A DNA stretch of 64,000 bases. It comes from Candidatus Poribacteria bacterium (GTDB lineage Bacteria; Poribacteria; WGA-4E; PCPOR2b). Positions 50,097 through 58,951 of the stretch are shown here, piece by piece (position 1 is the stretch's first letter; every line of letters begins with the position of its first letter). Under the pieces are notes generated by a model. It was given only the letters and a program-made list of their open reading frames with translations, was not told the DNA's origin and searched no databases. The stretch lies in the NCBI GenBank assembly GCA_965116925.1, contig OZ220744.1:5536001-5600000 (forward strand). Direction: 5' to 3'. A program made the translations under genes and the position numbers.

Positions 50097-51839
50097 TTGA
50101 TGGATTGTAAACAGATTTTGAAAGTTTTTGCTGTGTTGCTTTTATGCCTTGCTGCTGGTGGTGTTGTAGCACAAGCCCCAGACTTTCCGGACCGGATGCC
50201 GATTGTCGAACGACCATTTTCAGAGGATCCGGACAAATTCACTTTCGCGATTATTGGCGATAAAACCGGGGGCGGTCTAGATAAGTGGCACATATTTGAT
50301 CGTGCAATCAGTGAAATTAATGCGCTGCAACCTGACTTTGCCATCATGGTGGGTGACCTGATACAAGGGGTAACGACTGATATAGCACAACTCGACGCGG
50401 AATGGGAGGAGTTTTGGCAACATGAATCCCCTCTGAACGTCCCATTCCTACCGTTACCGGGGAACCACGATATCACCAATCCGGTGATGTATGACTATTG
50501 GGTTGAGCATATCGGACGAACCTATTCCGCTTTTACCTATAAAGGTTGCCTGTTTATCATACTCAATACGGAGGAGAGACACGGGTTGCCTCAAGGCGTG
50601 GAAGATTGGTTTGGAGAGGCGCAGATTCGCTATGCAGCGGAAGCCTTGGAACAACATACGGATGTGCGCCACACTTTTGTTCTGCTGCACAAGCCCGCAT
50701 GGTTACATGAAGATTCCGGTTGGGATCAAATTGAGGAAATGCTGGGGGACCGGGCATACACCGTTTTTGCTGGGCACTACCATAACCTGACACTGCACAC
50801 GCGCAATGACCGCCGATATTTTGTACTGGGCGCGACCGGCGGCGGACTAACTCCTCGTGACGTAAAAGAGTTTGGTGCGTTTGATCATTATAGCATTGTG
50901 ACGGTGGACGGTGATGATGTCACTGTTGCGATTGTTGAACCGGGCAGTATCCATCCGGCAGACATCTCGACCACCGCGTTCAAAGAGAAGTTCGGAGATC
51001 TGCTCACTTTTCAGTCGGACTTTGAGGTTGACAGAGCGCAGCCCGTTGCCAGCGGAAAGCTGGAAATCGAGTTAAAAAATAGGCTTGAAAAACTGGTAAA
51101 GGTTGAAATTGCGTTTGACCCAAGTGATAATTGGCAGATAACTCCGAATCAACTCACCTTTGAAGTGAAGCCGGGGCGGGAGACACAGAGTGTGGTGACG
51201 TTTTTAGGTGCGTCTGATGCGTTGCTACCCTTACCAACGTACCACTACTCCATCCTGTACGGTGGGGAGCAGTTGTATAGCCGGAGCGAGAAGGTTAAGT
51301 TTGTCGATGAGGCAGATCTGCACGCGCTCAAAGACTGGCAGATTCTCGGTCCGTTTGACCTCGGCATGACAGAGCGACCGACCGACTCGCAAACTGCGCC
51401 GGCGCAGTTTATTGCTGAACAACTTCCAGAGGAGGGATTAAGTGCTAAGACCTATCCGGGAAAGAATGGGGAAATCCACTGGCAGGAGCACCGTGCTGAC
51501 AGCGAAGTTATCAACTTAAACAAGGCATTGGGGGATCCGGATTGGGCACTCGCTTACGCAGTAACGCATATCAAGAGCCCTGACGACCGGACGGTTTTCG
51601 CTCAAATTCGATGGGGAAGTGAGTTGGGACGGCTTTCTGTCAACGGCGTCGAGATTCGGGAGGCATCCGTACCGGAAGCGGACCTATTCTTCAGCTGGGC
51701 TTACGTTGAGTTGCCGTTGAAGGCGGGTTGGAATACCGTGATGGTCAAATCCGCAGATTATACGGGCGGCTGGCACTATCGGATGTGGGTTGAAAACCGG
51801 ATGGATACGCTTGTTTTTTCCCATCAGATGCCGCACTAA
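50097..51839 (+). CDS. Secreted calcineurin-like metallophosphoesterase with C-terminal beta domains
   Basis: Signal peptide; GD, GDL, PGNHD, HKP, AGHYH. Confidence 0.88.
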   Translation: MMDCKQILKVFAVLLLCLAAGGVVAQAPDFPDRMPIVERPFSEDPDKFTFAIIGDKTGGGLDKWHIFDRAISEINALQPDFAIMVGDLIQGVTTDIAQLDAEWEEFWQHESPLNVPFLPLPGNHDITNPVMYDYWVEHIGRTYSAFTYKGCLFIILNTEERHGLPQGVEDWFGEAQIRYAAEALEQHTDVRHTFVLLHKPAWLHEDSGWDQIEEMLGDRAYTVFAGHYHNLTLHTRNDRRYFVLGATGGGLTPRDVKEFGAFDHYSIVTVDGDDVTVAIVEPGSIHPADISTTAFKEKFGDLLTFQSDFEVDRAQPVASGKLEIELKNRLEKLVKVEIAFDPSDNWQITPNQLTFEVKPGRETQSVVTFLGASDALLPLPTYHYSILYGGEQLYSRSEKVKFVDEADLHALKDWQILGPFDLGMTERPTDSQTAPAQFIAEQLPEEGLSAKTYPGKNGEIHWQEHRADSEVINLNKALGDPDWALAYAVTHIKSPDDRTVFAQIRWGSELGRLSVNGVEIREASVPEADLFFSWAYVELPLKAGWNTVMVKSADYTGGWHYRMWVENRMDTLVFSHQMPH

Positions 51840-51953
51840 TGCGCTGTTAGGGAGCTTTACGTAGGGACGCAATGGTGTCGAACCGTTCCACAGCATTTGG
51901 GTGAGTCAACCTTGTCCCTACCACCACGATTAAATTAGACCGTTCATGAATAG

Positions 51954-52126
51954 TAGGAGTTACGCACTTCAGATTGTAGGGAACGCAGATCTGCGTTCCC
52001 TACGAATTACTGTAGTTGCCCGATTCATCGGGCGTTGAGAGTTGGCCTGTGTGGCGATTTATCGCCGAACTACAGGTCGCAGACTCTCGGAACGGAGACT
52101 TTGAGCGTTCAACTGCGTAACTCCTA
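51954..52126. mobile_element. MITE-like element, family M2
   Basis: Perfect 13-bp TIR TAGGAGTTACGCA / TGCGTAACTCCTA with internal REP hairpins. Confidence 0.8.
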
Positions 52127-52154
52127 CATAAGTCAAATAGTGAGGATGTCAATT

Positions 52155-52946
52155 ATGTCGAATTACCTAGAACCGACACATCATAGAGATTGGAAAAATA
52201 ACAACTATCTAAAAATTTCGGGCTTCTTCTCAGATGAAGAGGTGACGGCATTGCAAGCGTGGGTCAAGGACATTGAGGGACGGAAACCGACCCATGACAA
52301 ATGGCTGCACCATTTTGAAGCCACGCCGGACGGGACGCGGCTTTCTCGTTCGGAAAATTTTGTGCCGTACCACACAGGTCTGGAGAAACTGTTGACGGGT
52401 GGCAAGGTGTTGGACGTTGTTTCGGAATTGATGGGCGAGCCGGCAGTCCTCTATAAGGAGAAAATCAATTACAAGTACCCCGGTGGTGGTGGTTACGCCC
52501 CACATCAGGATGCGCCCGCTTACGAGTTCGTTACATTCCATATTACCTGTTTGATTTCCGTTGATCCATCAACACCGGAGAGCGGTTGTCTCTCTTTCTC
52601 GCCGGGGCGATACGAAAAAGATTTCATTGCGCTCGATGAGAAGGGTTGTATTGCTGAGGAGGTCGCTTCGGAGATGGAATGGGTAGAGGTGCCAACAGAG
52701 CCGGGGGACATCCTGCTTTTTGGGTCCTATATCCCACATAAGAGCGGAGCAAACAGCTCCAATCAACCGCGACGCATCATCTATGTAACCTACAACGCCC
52801 TCTCCGAAGGCGATTGGCGGGAGCAGTATTACGAGGATAAGCGACAGGCCTTTTCGGAATATAAAAAAAGCAGTTCAGCAGAAGCAGGTCAAATCAGTAA
52901 AATTGGACACTTTCAGGGGAGGACGGTGCTGAACCATGAAAGATAA
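52155..52946 (+). CDS. Fe(II)/2-oxoglutarate dioxygenase, PhyH family (PhnY-like)
   Basis: KEKINYKYPGGGGYAPHQD (HxD), PHKSGAN...RR; upstream of a PhnZ-like gene; start moved to 52155. Confidence 0.85.
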   Translation: MSNYLEPTHHRDWKNNNYLKISGFFSDEEVTALQAWVKDIEGRKPTHDKWLHHFEATPDGTRLSRSENFVPYHTGLEKLLTGGKVLDVVSELMGEPAVLYKEKINYKYPGGGGYAPHQDAPAYEFVTFHITCLISVDPSTPESGCLSFSPGRYEKDFIALDEKGCIAEEVASEMEWVEVPTEPGDILLFGSYIPHKSGANSSNQPRRIIYVTYNALSEGDWREQYYEDKRQAFSEYKKSSSAEAGQISKIGHFQGRTVLNHER

Positions 52947-52994
52947 TGAGACAATCCCAATGCTGTAGCGTTGGGTCAAATCGTATAACTTTAG

Positions 52995-53023
52995 TTGATT
53001 TTGCGTGTAAATGATGGTATACT
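52995..53023 (+). promoter_or_regulatory. sigma70 promoter
   Basis: TTGATT-N17-TATACT with TGn extended -10. Confidence 0.65.
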
Positions 53024-53038
53024 TTTGGTACGTTCAAA

Positions 53039-53220
53039 AGCGGGAGAATGTCACCCTTGCAGCCTTGCAAGGTCGCCCGTCTCTCCAGTGACATGGGGAC
53101 TTTGGACGAGTGGCTAACCAAGCCACATAAGGACGAAAACCAAGTCCAAAATTGTATCACCGTCGCGGCGGGACACGCCGAGACGTAAAAATGCCTGTGG
53201 AGGGGCTGTAAGACCACGCT
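53039..53220 (+). ncRNA. Candidate structured ncRNA (~182 nt), family unassigned
   Basis: Several nested helices, paired 5' and 3' ends, own promoter, followed by ATTTT; see findings. Confidence 0.5.
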
Positions 53221-53319
53221 ATTTTGCATGGCAAATCTCATCGAAGCAGGTATACGGTAGGGGTGCCCTTAGCGGGGCACACCCGTAAGTCCGTTAAAAA
53301 CTCTCGAAGGAGATACAAA

Positions 53320-53958
53320 GTGATTACTAATAAGAATCCCAATGTTTCAACTTTGGGAGCGGTCAACAGTCGGATTGATCAAACGCTCGCGGAACAGCTG
53401 ACAGGTGCAACAGCAGCGGAGAAGGTTGCCACGCTGTTCGATTATATGGAACGTAGAGGACAGTCGTTTTACGATGAATCGGTGACGCAACTGCAGCACG
53501 CGTGTCAATGTGCGAATCAGGCACAGCTGCACGAAGGAAGTAGGACGCAGGTTGCGAGTGCTTTGCTGCATGACATCGGGCATTTCCTGCTAGACGAACA
53601 CAATGCCGAGAGTGACTTTTTGGAGGAAGATCAGAACCATGAGGAGGTTGGCGCAGATTATCTAGAACCGTTCTTCCCGGAGGCGGTTACAACGCCGATC
53701 CGATTGCACGTACCGGCGAAGCGGTATCTGTGCACCACCGACGCATCATACTACGACGGCTTATCCGAGGCGTCGAAAAGGAGTTTCCGAGTTCAGGGCG
53801 GGGTTATGTCGGACGAGGAACGGACAGCGTTTGAGGGCATCCCGCATTATCAAGACGCGCTCCAGCTGCGGCGGTGGGATGACCTTGCCAAGGTGAGGGG
53901 GTTAGAGACACCGACGCTTGATACTTACCGCGAGATTGTGCAAGCCTGCCTAAAATAA
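53320..53958 (+). CDS. HD-domain phosphonate-cleaving oxygenase (PhnZ/TmpB-like)
   Basis: ESVTQLQHACQ, LLHDIGH, HEEVGA, LHVPAKRYL, SFRVQGG, LRRWDDLAK; GTG start with AAGGAG RBS. Confidence 0.88.
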   Translation: MITNKNPNVSTLGAVNSRIDQTLAEQLTGATAAEKVATLFDYMERRGQSFYDESVTQLQHACQCANQAQLHEGSRTQVASALLHDIGHFLLDEHNAESDFLEEDQNHEEVGADYLEPFFPEAVTTPIRLHVPAKRYLCTTDASYYDGLSEASKRSFRVQGGVMSDEERTAFEGIPHYQDALQLRRWDDLAKVRGLETPTLDTYREIVQACLK

Positions 53959-54207
53959 CGCAAGTTGCTAGTTATAAAACCCGCTCGGCTCCGACTTCGC
54001 CAATCTGTTCTTAGGACTTCAATTTATCGGCAGTGCTTGGCCCTGGCTATACACATTGCGCTCCTCTGGAGCGCGGGTATCCAACCTATTGCGGTTCTAT
54101 AGACATATCGCTTCTCTGGAGCGAAAGACAAAGGACCTACCAGATGGTCGGGGAGGCTCTGCCCTGACAAAAAACGGTGGACTTTCAACGACTAGCAACT
54201 TAGGTTA
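53956..54207. mobile_element. MITE-like element, family M3
   Basis: Imperfect TIR TAACGCAAGTTGCTAGT / ACTAGCAACTTAGGTTA starting at the preceding stop codon; two internal CGCT.CTCTGGAGCG hairpins. Confidence 0.6.
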
Positions 54208-54244
54208 AAATAGTGCAGAAATTTCAAGGGTGTTCATTATCTCC

Positions 54245-54273
54245 TTGACAAATTGAGGATCATCGTCTAAAAT
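54245..54273 (+). promoter_or_regulatory. sigma70 promoter of the tRNA operon
   Basis: TTGACA-N17-TAAAAT, 12 nt before tRNA-Asp. Confidence 0.85.
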
Positions 54274-54285
54274 ATATGCCCTATC

Positions 54286-54364
54286 GGACCCGTAGTGTAG
54301 CCTGGTTTAACACATCTGCCTGTCACGCAGAAGATCGCGAGTTCAAATCTCGTCGGGTCCGCCA
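54286..54364 (+). tRNA. tRNA-Asp(GTC)
   Basis: GGACCCG/CGGGTCC acceptor stem, anticodon loop CTGTCAC, TTCAAAT T-loop, encoded CCA. Confidence 0.96.
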
Positions 54365-54415
54365 ACTATTTATCTGTTTTGTATCAATATCTTTGCGGAA
54401 TTAAGGTTGGATTTT

Positions 54416-54489
54416 GGGCGGGTAGCTCAGTTGGCTAGAGCGACGGCCTTACAAGCCGTAGGTCACAGGTTCAAGTCCTGTTCCGCCTA
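54416..54489 (+). tRNA. tRNA-Val(TAC)
   Basis: GGGCGGG/TCCGCCT acceptor stem, anticodon loop CTTACAA, GGTTCAAGTCC T-arm; CCA not encoded. Confidence 0.95.
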
Positions 54490-54543
54490 TCCCGATTCAT
54501 CGGGACGAAACGTCGAAATCAGAATTAAAAGCGACCCCTTGTC

Positions 54544-54622
54544 GGACCCGTAGTGTAGCCTGGTTTAACACATCTGCCTGTCACGCAGAAGATCGCGAGT
54601 TCAAATCTCGTCGGGTCCGCCA
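54544..54622 (+). tRNA. tRNA-Asp(GTC), second identical copy
   Basis: Identical to 54286-54364. Confidence 0.96.
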
Positions 54623-54628
54623 GTTATT

Positions 54629-54665
54629 AAAGCCACAGGTTGTTCCAAATAGCCTGTGGCTTTTT
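54629..54665 (+). terminator. Rho-independent terminator
   Basis: AAGCCACAGGTTGTT-CCA-AATAGCCTGTGGCTT followed by a T-run. Confidence 0.85.
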
Positions 54666-54695
54666 CATATCTATAGATCGAAGGAGGACACTCTT

Positions 54696-55994
54696 GTGTT
54701 AGATCTCAAATTCATCCGCGACAACCCCGATGCAGTGCGAGCGATGCTAACCGCTCGCCGCATGACAGCACCGTTGGAGGAGCTTATTGAAGCAGACCGC
54801 AAATGGCGTGAACTGTTGGGGGAGGCAGAGTCACTCAGAAGTCATCAGAACACCGTCTCAAAAGGGATTGCACAACTCAAGCGAGACAAGCAGGACGCCT
54901 CCGAGCAGATCGCTGAGATGAGAACGGTGTCTCAGAAAATTAAGACGTTGACCGACCAGTCACAGAGCTACAGAAGTGAAGTCGATAAGATTATAGCACT
55001 TATCCCAAATATGCCGGATGCCAGTGCACCGATCGGGAATAGTGAAGCGGATAACGTTGAGATTAAGCATTGGGGAGAGATCCGGAACTTTGATTTTGAG
55101 CCGAAGCCGCATTGGGAACTTGCGGAGGCGTTGGACATCGTTGATTTTCAACGGGGAGCGAAGGTCGCCGGTAGCCACTTTGTGTTATACAAAGGGTTAG
55201 GGGCGAAATTGGAACGTGCACTGATCAACTTCATGCTCGATCTGCATGTCTCTCAACACGGCTACACAGAGGTCTCTCCGCCTTTTGTCGCTAACCGTCC
55301 AACGATGACGGGCACCGGGCAGTTGCCGAAATTTGAGTCGGATATGTATCGGTGCGATCGCGATGAGGAGAATGAGGAGATGGATCTCTTTCTCATACCG
55401 ACCGCAGAGGTGACGGTCACCAATATTTTCGCCGATGAGATTTTGAACGGCGAGGATCTGCCGATCTACTATACCGCATACACCCCCTGTTTCCGACGGG
55501 AAGCGGGTTCTTACGGTCGGGAGACACGCGGATTGCAACGGCTCCACCAGTTTGATAAGGTCGAGATGGTGAAATTCACCTTTCCAGAGACATCTTACGA
55601 TGAACATGAATCGCTGCTGCGTAATGGTGAAGCGGTCTTGCAAGCCCTCGATTTGCCGTATCGTGTCATCTCTCTTTGTACAGCGGACCTCGGATTTAGT
55701 GCGTCTAAATGTTACGATATTGAATTATGGGCACCGGTCGACGAAAAGTTCAATTTGGAAATATCTTCGTGTAGTAATTTTGAGGATTTTCAGGCGCGTC
55801 GTGCGAATATCCGTTTTCGTCGTGAGCCGGGCGCGAAACCTGAGTTGGTGCATACCCTCAACGCCTCTGGGACAGCGTTGCCGCGATTGGTTATCGCTAT
55901 CCTTGAAACGTATCAGCAGGCGGATGGGAGTATTCGGGTTCCGGAGGCTATTGTGCCTTATATGGGCGGGGTTGAGACAATTGAATTGACGTGA
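54696..55994 (+). CDS. serS: Serine--tRNA ligase
   Basis: [52 protein letters not shown]. Confidence 0.97.
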   Translation: MLDLKFIRDNPDAVRAMLTARRMTAPLEELIEADRKWRELLGEAESLRSHQNTVSKGIAQLKRDKQDASEQIAEMRTVSQKIKTLTDQSQSYRSEVDKIIALIPNMPDASAPIGNSEADNVEIKHWGEIRNFDFEPKPHWELAEALDIVDFQRGAKVAGSHFVLYKGLGAKLERALINFMLDLHVSQHGYTEVSPPFVANRPTMTGTGQLPKFESDMYRCDRDEENEEMDLFLIPTAEVTVTNIFADEILNGEDLPIYYTAYTPCFRREAGSYGRETRGLQRLHQFDKVEMVKFTFPETSYDEHESLLRNGEAVLQALDLPYRVISLCTADLGFSASKCYDIELWAPVDEKFNLEISSCSNFEDFQARRANIRFRREPGAKPELVHTLNASGTALPRLVIAILETYQQADGSIRVPEAIVPYMGGVETIELT

Positions 55995-56146
55995 TAGGTG
56001 GAAAATTTCCTAGAGCTTGGGGGTGTTCACAATCATTGTCTGAATCGCGGATTAAACTGATGACGCGGATTGCGCGGATTATTGTCCCGATGCTCCCCAA
56101 TAGATCGGGGACTCCGTTCCGAGAGCAGGCAGGTCGATCGGGCTTC

Positions 56147-56238
56147 AAAGCAAATTGATTTGATAAAACAGTGCCTCAAAATCGCGCAACAACTGGAGGC
56201 AAAACAACGAGTGAAGATGTTAAAGTTGAGCAGAGCTC
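56147..56238 (+). pseudogene. Relic of a HigB(Gp49-like)-HigA toxin-antitoxin junction
   Basis: Encodes KQIDLIKQCLKIAQQLEAKQ (toxin C-tail-like), then the antitoxin start with ATG mutated to ACG; 56187-56238 matches 57996-58047 at 48/52 nt. Confidence 0.6.
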
Positions 56239-56291
56239 AATTAACTTGGGATCCGAAAGACACCGAATGTTGAAGAAGGGAATAGATTACG

Positions 56292-56528
56292 ATGATTCAA
56301 ATTGCTGAACCAGTTACCCTAGAAAAACTGTTACCACTTGTCGAAAAACTGTCGAAAGTGGAACGTGAACAACTGCGTAAATCCCTTGAAACGGACCCGA
56401 CCACGTGGCGAAAAGAGTGGGAGAATATCGTCGCACAGTTTCACGATGCTTTTGCTGATACACCAGAGGAAGAAGTGACGCGAGATATTGAGGAAGCACT
56501 GGCAGAGGTAAGGCATGGACGAATCTGA
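56292..56528 (+). CDS. Putative antitoxin (partner of the PIN toxin)
   Basis: 78 aa with acidic C-terminus (TPEEEVTRDIEEALAEVR), overlapping the PIN gene. Confidence 0.7.
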   Translation: MIQIAEPVTLEKLLPLVEKLSKVEREQLRKSLETDPTTWRKEWENIVAQFHDAFADTPEEEVTRDIEEALAEVRHGRI

Positions 56529-56988
56529 AAGCCGGTGGCGCGTTTATCGAGTAACGTTCGACACCAATATCTTCCTCCGCGCATTGATTCGGAAGGGAAA
56601 CCTCGCTGATAATCTACTCTCACTCTGGCTTGATGGACGGATTGTCCTTGTGCTATCGCAGACGATTATTGATGAAATTCAGGCAGTCCTGTTACGTCCT
56701 AGGCTTATCCGAAAGTATTCATACACATCACAGGCTGTTACCGAGTTGATCAATCTGTTGGTGCAACGGACAATTATCGCTGAGGTGCCTTTCTCGCTTG
56801 ATCTATGTAGAGATCCAAATGATAATCCGTTTGTCGATTGTGCGGTACTGGGGCGCGTGCAATTCTTGGTATCATACGATAATGACCTTTTAGATGACCT
56901 TACCCTCCGACAAACTCTATTTGAATTTGGGGTTGAGATTGTTGATCCCCAGGCTTTTATGGAGAGAATACAGGAGGAGGTAAGGTGA
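56515..56988 (+). CDS. PIN-domain toxin (VapC-like)
   Basis: VTFDTNIF...E...CRDPNDNPFVDCA...VSYDNDLL. Confidence 0.9.
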   Translation: MDESESRWRVYRVTFDTNIFLRALIRKGNLADNLLSLWLDGRIVLVLSQTIIDEIQAVLLRPRLIRKYSYTSQAVTELINLLVQRTIIAEVPFSLDLCRDPNDNPFVDCAVLGRVQFLVSYDNDLLDDLTLRQTLFEFGVEIVDPQAFMERIQEEVR

Positions 56989-57299
56989 AGCGAACAAACA
57001 TGAGAGAGCAGAATACCTCTGTCAAATACACCCGTTCTGAAATAGACACCCTTCCTGATGAAACTGATTGGGAGCGCGTGGATGCGCTGACAGATGAAGA
57101 CATCAACGCGGCAGCCGCCTCCGATCCGGACGCTCCGCCAACGGAGGCATCTTTCTGGAAGGATGCAACAGTGGTTATGCCAGAAAACATAGTCATCGTT
57201 GATACAGATCTGTTAGCATGGTTCAAAGCCCATACCCCAGATTACGAAACACGAATCAATGCGGTGCTTCGATCGCATGTCGAGGCGAATGACAGTTAG
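56985..57299 (+). CDS. BrnA-family antitoxin (no BrnT partner visible)
   Basis: TDWERVDALTDEDI...D.DLLAWFK...YETRINAVLR. Confidence 0.82.
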   Translation: MKRTNMREQNTSVKYTRSEIDTLPDETDWERVDALTDEDINAAAASDPDAPPTEASFWKDATVVMPENIVIVDTDLLAWFKAHTPDYETRINAVLRSHVEANDS

Positions 57300-57336
57300 G
57301 GCACACGTCCAAACACCAACCTCGTGGCGAAACTTC
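57300..57336 (+). repeat. Array repeat class A, copy 1 (gene-tail-like)
   Basis: GGCACACGTCCAAACACCAACCTCGTGGCGAAACTTC. Confidence 0.7.
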
Positions 57337-57393
57337 TCGAAGATGCACAACGGGAACGCGAAGTAGAAGGCTAAGAGAAGAAAGGTTGATAGA

Positions 57394-57576
57394 ATGAAAA
57401 CACTTTATGAGTCCGACGGTGGTGGTGGTTTTGATGGTGGATTAGGCTACCCACCCAACCCTTCCGATTTTGAGCAGCCTAGCTGCAGGGGGTGTTTGTG
57501 GAACGCGATTAAATTGGTAATAATTTTCATAATACTGTTTTTCGTTCTGTTTTTCATTCTTCCCAAGTTTTTTTGA
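57394..57576 (+). CDS. Small single-TM hypothetical protein
   Basis: GAAAGG RBS; C-terminal hydrophobic helix. Confidence 0.55.
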   Translation: MKTLYESDGGGGFDGGLGYPPNPSDFEQPSCRGCLWNAIKLVIIFIILFFVLFFILPKFF

Positions 57577-57581
57577 TGAAA

Positions 57582-57609
57582 ATATCCTATAAAATCGGTT
57601 ATCGGACAT
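57582..57609. repeat. dif-like 11-6-11 palindromic site P1
   Basis: ATATCCTATAA-AATCGG-TTATCGGACAT. Confidence 0.75.
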
Positions 57610-57633
57610 CCTTCCAGAAAGGAGGAGATATAA

Positions 57634-57930
57634 ATGGATTTTTCAGCATGGTCGCCATCACATCTGATTGTGGCAGCACTGGCACTGGCAACGATAATAG
57701 GACAAGCCATCGCCGTGTTAGCACGACTGAAAGCGAACACGGAACAGCTGCAAAAGCAAGGCGAGACATTCGTTCAGGCGATGGAACGGCTAGAAGATCG
57801 GATCGACAAGCGATTCGAGGGAGTGAATCAACAACTTACGGATATGCAAGCAGAGATTCGTGACGTTAGAGGTGAAATGCGACAACTCAACCAGAACCAC
57901 ATCGACCACCTGAACCGGCATCACGATTGA
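57634..57930 (+). CDS. Small TM plus coiled-coil protein
   Basis: AGGAGG RBS; N-terminal hydrophobic helix followed by a heptad coiled coil. Confidence 0.75.
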   Translation: MDFSAWSPSHLIVAALALATIIGQAIAVLARLKANTEQLQKQGETFVQAMERLEDRIDKRFEGVNQQLTDMQAEIRDVRGEMRQLNQNHIDHLNRHHD

Positions 57931-57937
57931 AGTGATA

Positions 57938-57991
57938 AAAGCCCCAAGGCAGGCACACCTCCCCACGCCTCCCTTGTGACGAAACTTCAGA
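57938..57991 (+). repeat. Array repeat class A, copy 2
   Basis: AAAGCCCCAAGGCAGGCACACCTCCCCACGCCTCCCTTGTGACGAAACTTCAGA; 48/54 identical to copy 4. Confidence 0.8.
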
Positions 57992-58015
57992 CACTCAACA
58001 ACTGGAGGCAAAACA

Positions 58016-58344
58016 ATGAGTGAAGATGTTAAAGTCAAGTAGAGCTCCGGGGATGTGTTTAAGATGTAGGATTTTCTGATGCCGAAGCCGATCGAGCCTT
58101 GTTAAAGACAGATTTAGCTCTTGAGATCTGTAACATCATTGAAGCACAAAAACTCACACAAGCAAAAGCGAGAAAAATCCTCGGTGTTGACCCGTCTGAT
58201 ATTTCAAGACTGAAGCAAGGTGATTTTAACCGCTTTAGTGTGGAGCGATTGTTTACACTTCTCAATCGTTTTAACAGTAACATTGAGATTCGGATTACAT
58301 CGGCGGAAGATAGAGAGGGACATCAGCAGGTCGTTGCGGTTTAG
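58016..58344 (+). pseudogene. HigA-like XRE/HTH antitoxin pseudogene
   Basis: MSEDVKVK*SSGDVF, then a 1-nt frameshift into DVGFSDAEADRALLK...LTQAKARKILGVDPSDISRL...FSVERLF; in-frame TAG at 58040. Confidence 0.8.
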
Positions 58345-58378
58345 GGCTGTTTAACACCTGTATGATTTTCTGGGTTGA

Positions 58379-58870
58379 GTGATGATCTATTTTATTCAAG
58401 CGGGCAATGATGGTCCCATCAAAATTGGCAAGGCGCAAAGTCCTGAAGCCCGTCGTAGAGAGCTGCAAACAGGCAATCACGAAAAATTAAACTTAATTAA
58501 AGAGATTCCCGGTGATGTGGAGAGGGAGAATAGCATTCATAATGATTTACGAAGCCATCGGTATCGTGGTGAATGGTTTAGCCCAACGCCAGAAGTTTTA
58601 GATTACATAGATGAAATAGCACGAGTGGACTATCAAGACATCAACGGTGTTGCAATAGCAGTGATTTGGCGCAACGATAGCGAACTATTTATTACAGACT
58701 ATTGTCCATTTTGTGGTGAACGTCATTATTACGAAGGTGAGGATGGCAGGACAGAAGTTGGGTGCTTTGATGAATCACCATGCTTGTTTCCAATGGACGA
58801 CCGAACTGTTGCGGATGGCACGGTTCTTAAACAGTCTGATGGTTATATTGTTCGGACGCGAAAGAAATAG
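58379..58870 (+). CDS. T5orf172/MUG113-type GIY-YIG-like nuclease domain protein with C-terminal CxxC
   Basis: IYFIQAG...IKIG...RRRELQTGN...E..IH...RGEWF; CPFCGERH. Confidence 0.82.
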   Translation: MMIYFIQAGNDGPIKIGKAQSPEARRRELQTGNHEKLNLIKEIPGDVERENSIHNDLRSHRYRGEWFSPTPEVLDYIDEIARVDYQDINGVAIAVIWRNDSELFITDYCPFCGERHYYEGEDGRTEVGCFDESPCLFPMDDRTVADGTVLKQSDGYIVRTRKK

Positions 58871-58918
58871 CAAAGAGCAATCTCCCCCCACATAGGCTCA
58901 TAATAATCTGGTCTCACA

Positions 58919-58929
58919 TCATCGGATAT
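58919..58929. repeat. Degenerate P-type half site (P2)
   Basis: TCATCGGATAT resembles the right arm TTATCGGAYAT and sits in the same position before an RBS; left arm decayed. Confidence 0.4.
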
Positions 58930-58951
58930 TAATTGAATCATTGGAGGACTT

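Noticed and set aside
52035..52154. N-terminal extensions of the ORF-track calls (also at 2411, 19640, 28340, 39409, 42380, 53224, 59541)
   Set aside because: They run through repeats or neighbouring genes; downstream starts fit the RBS and/or family N-termini better.
54286..54622. Duplicated tRNA-Asp as attL/attR of an integrated element
   Set aside because: Both copies are full length and enclose only tRNA-Val, with a promoter and terminator: an ordinary tRNA operon.
56070..56273. 67-aa ORF as a real gene
   Set aside because: It is a chimera of repeat sequence and the higBA relic read through a mutated stop/start.
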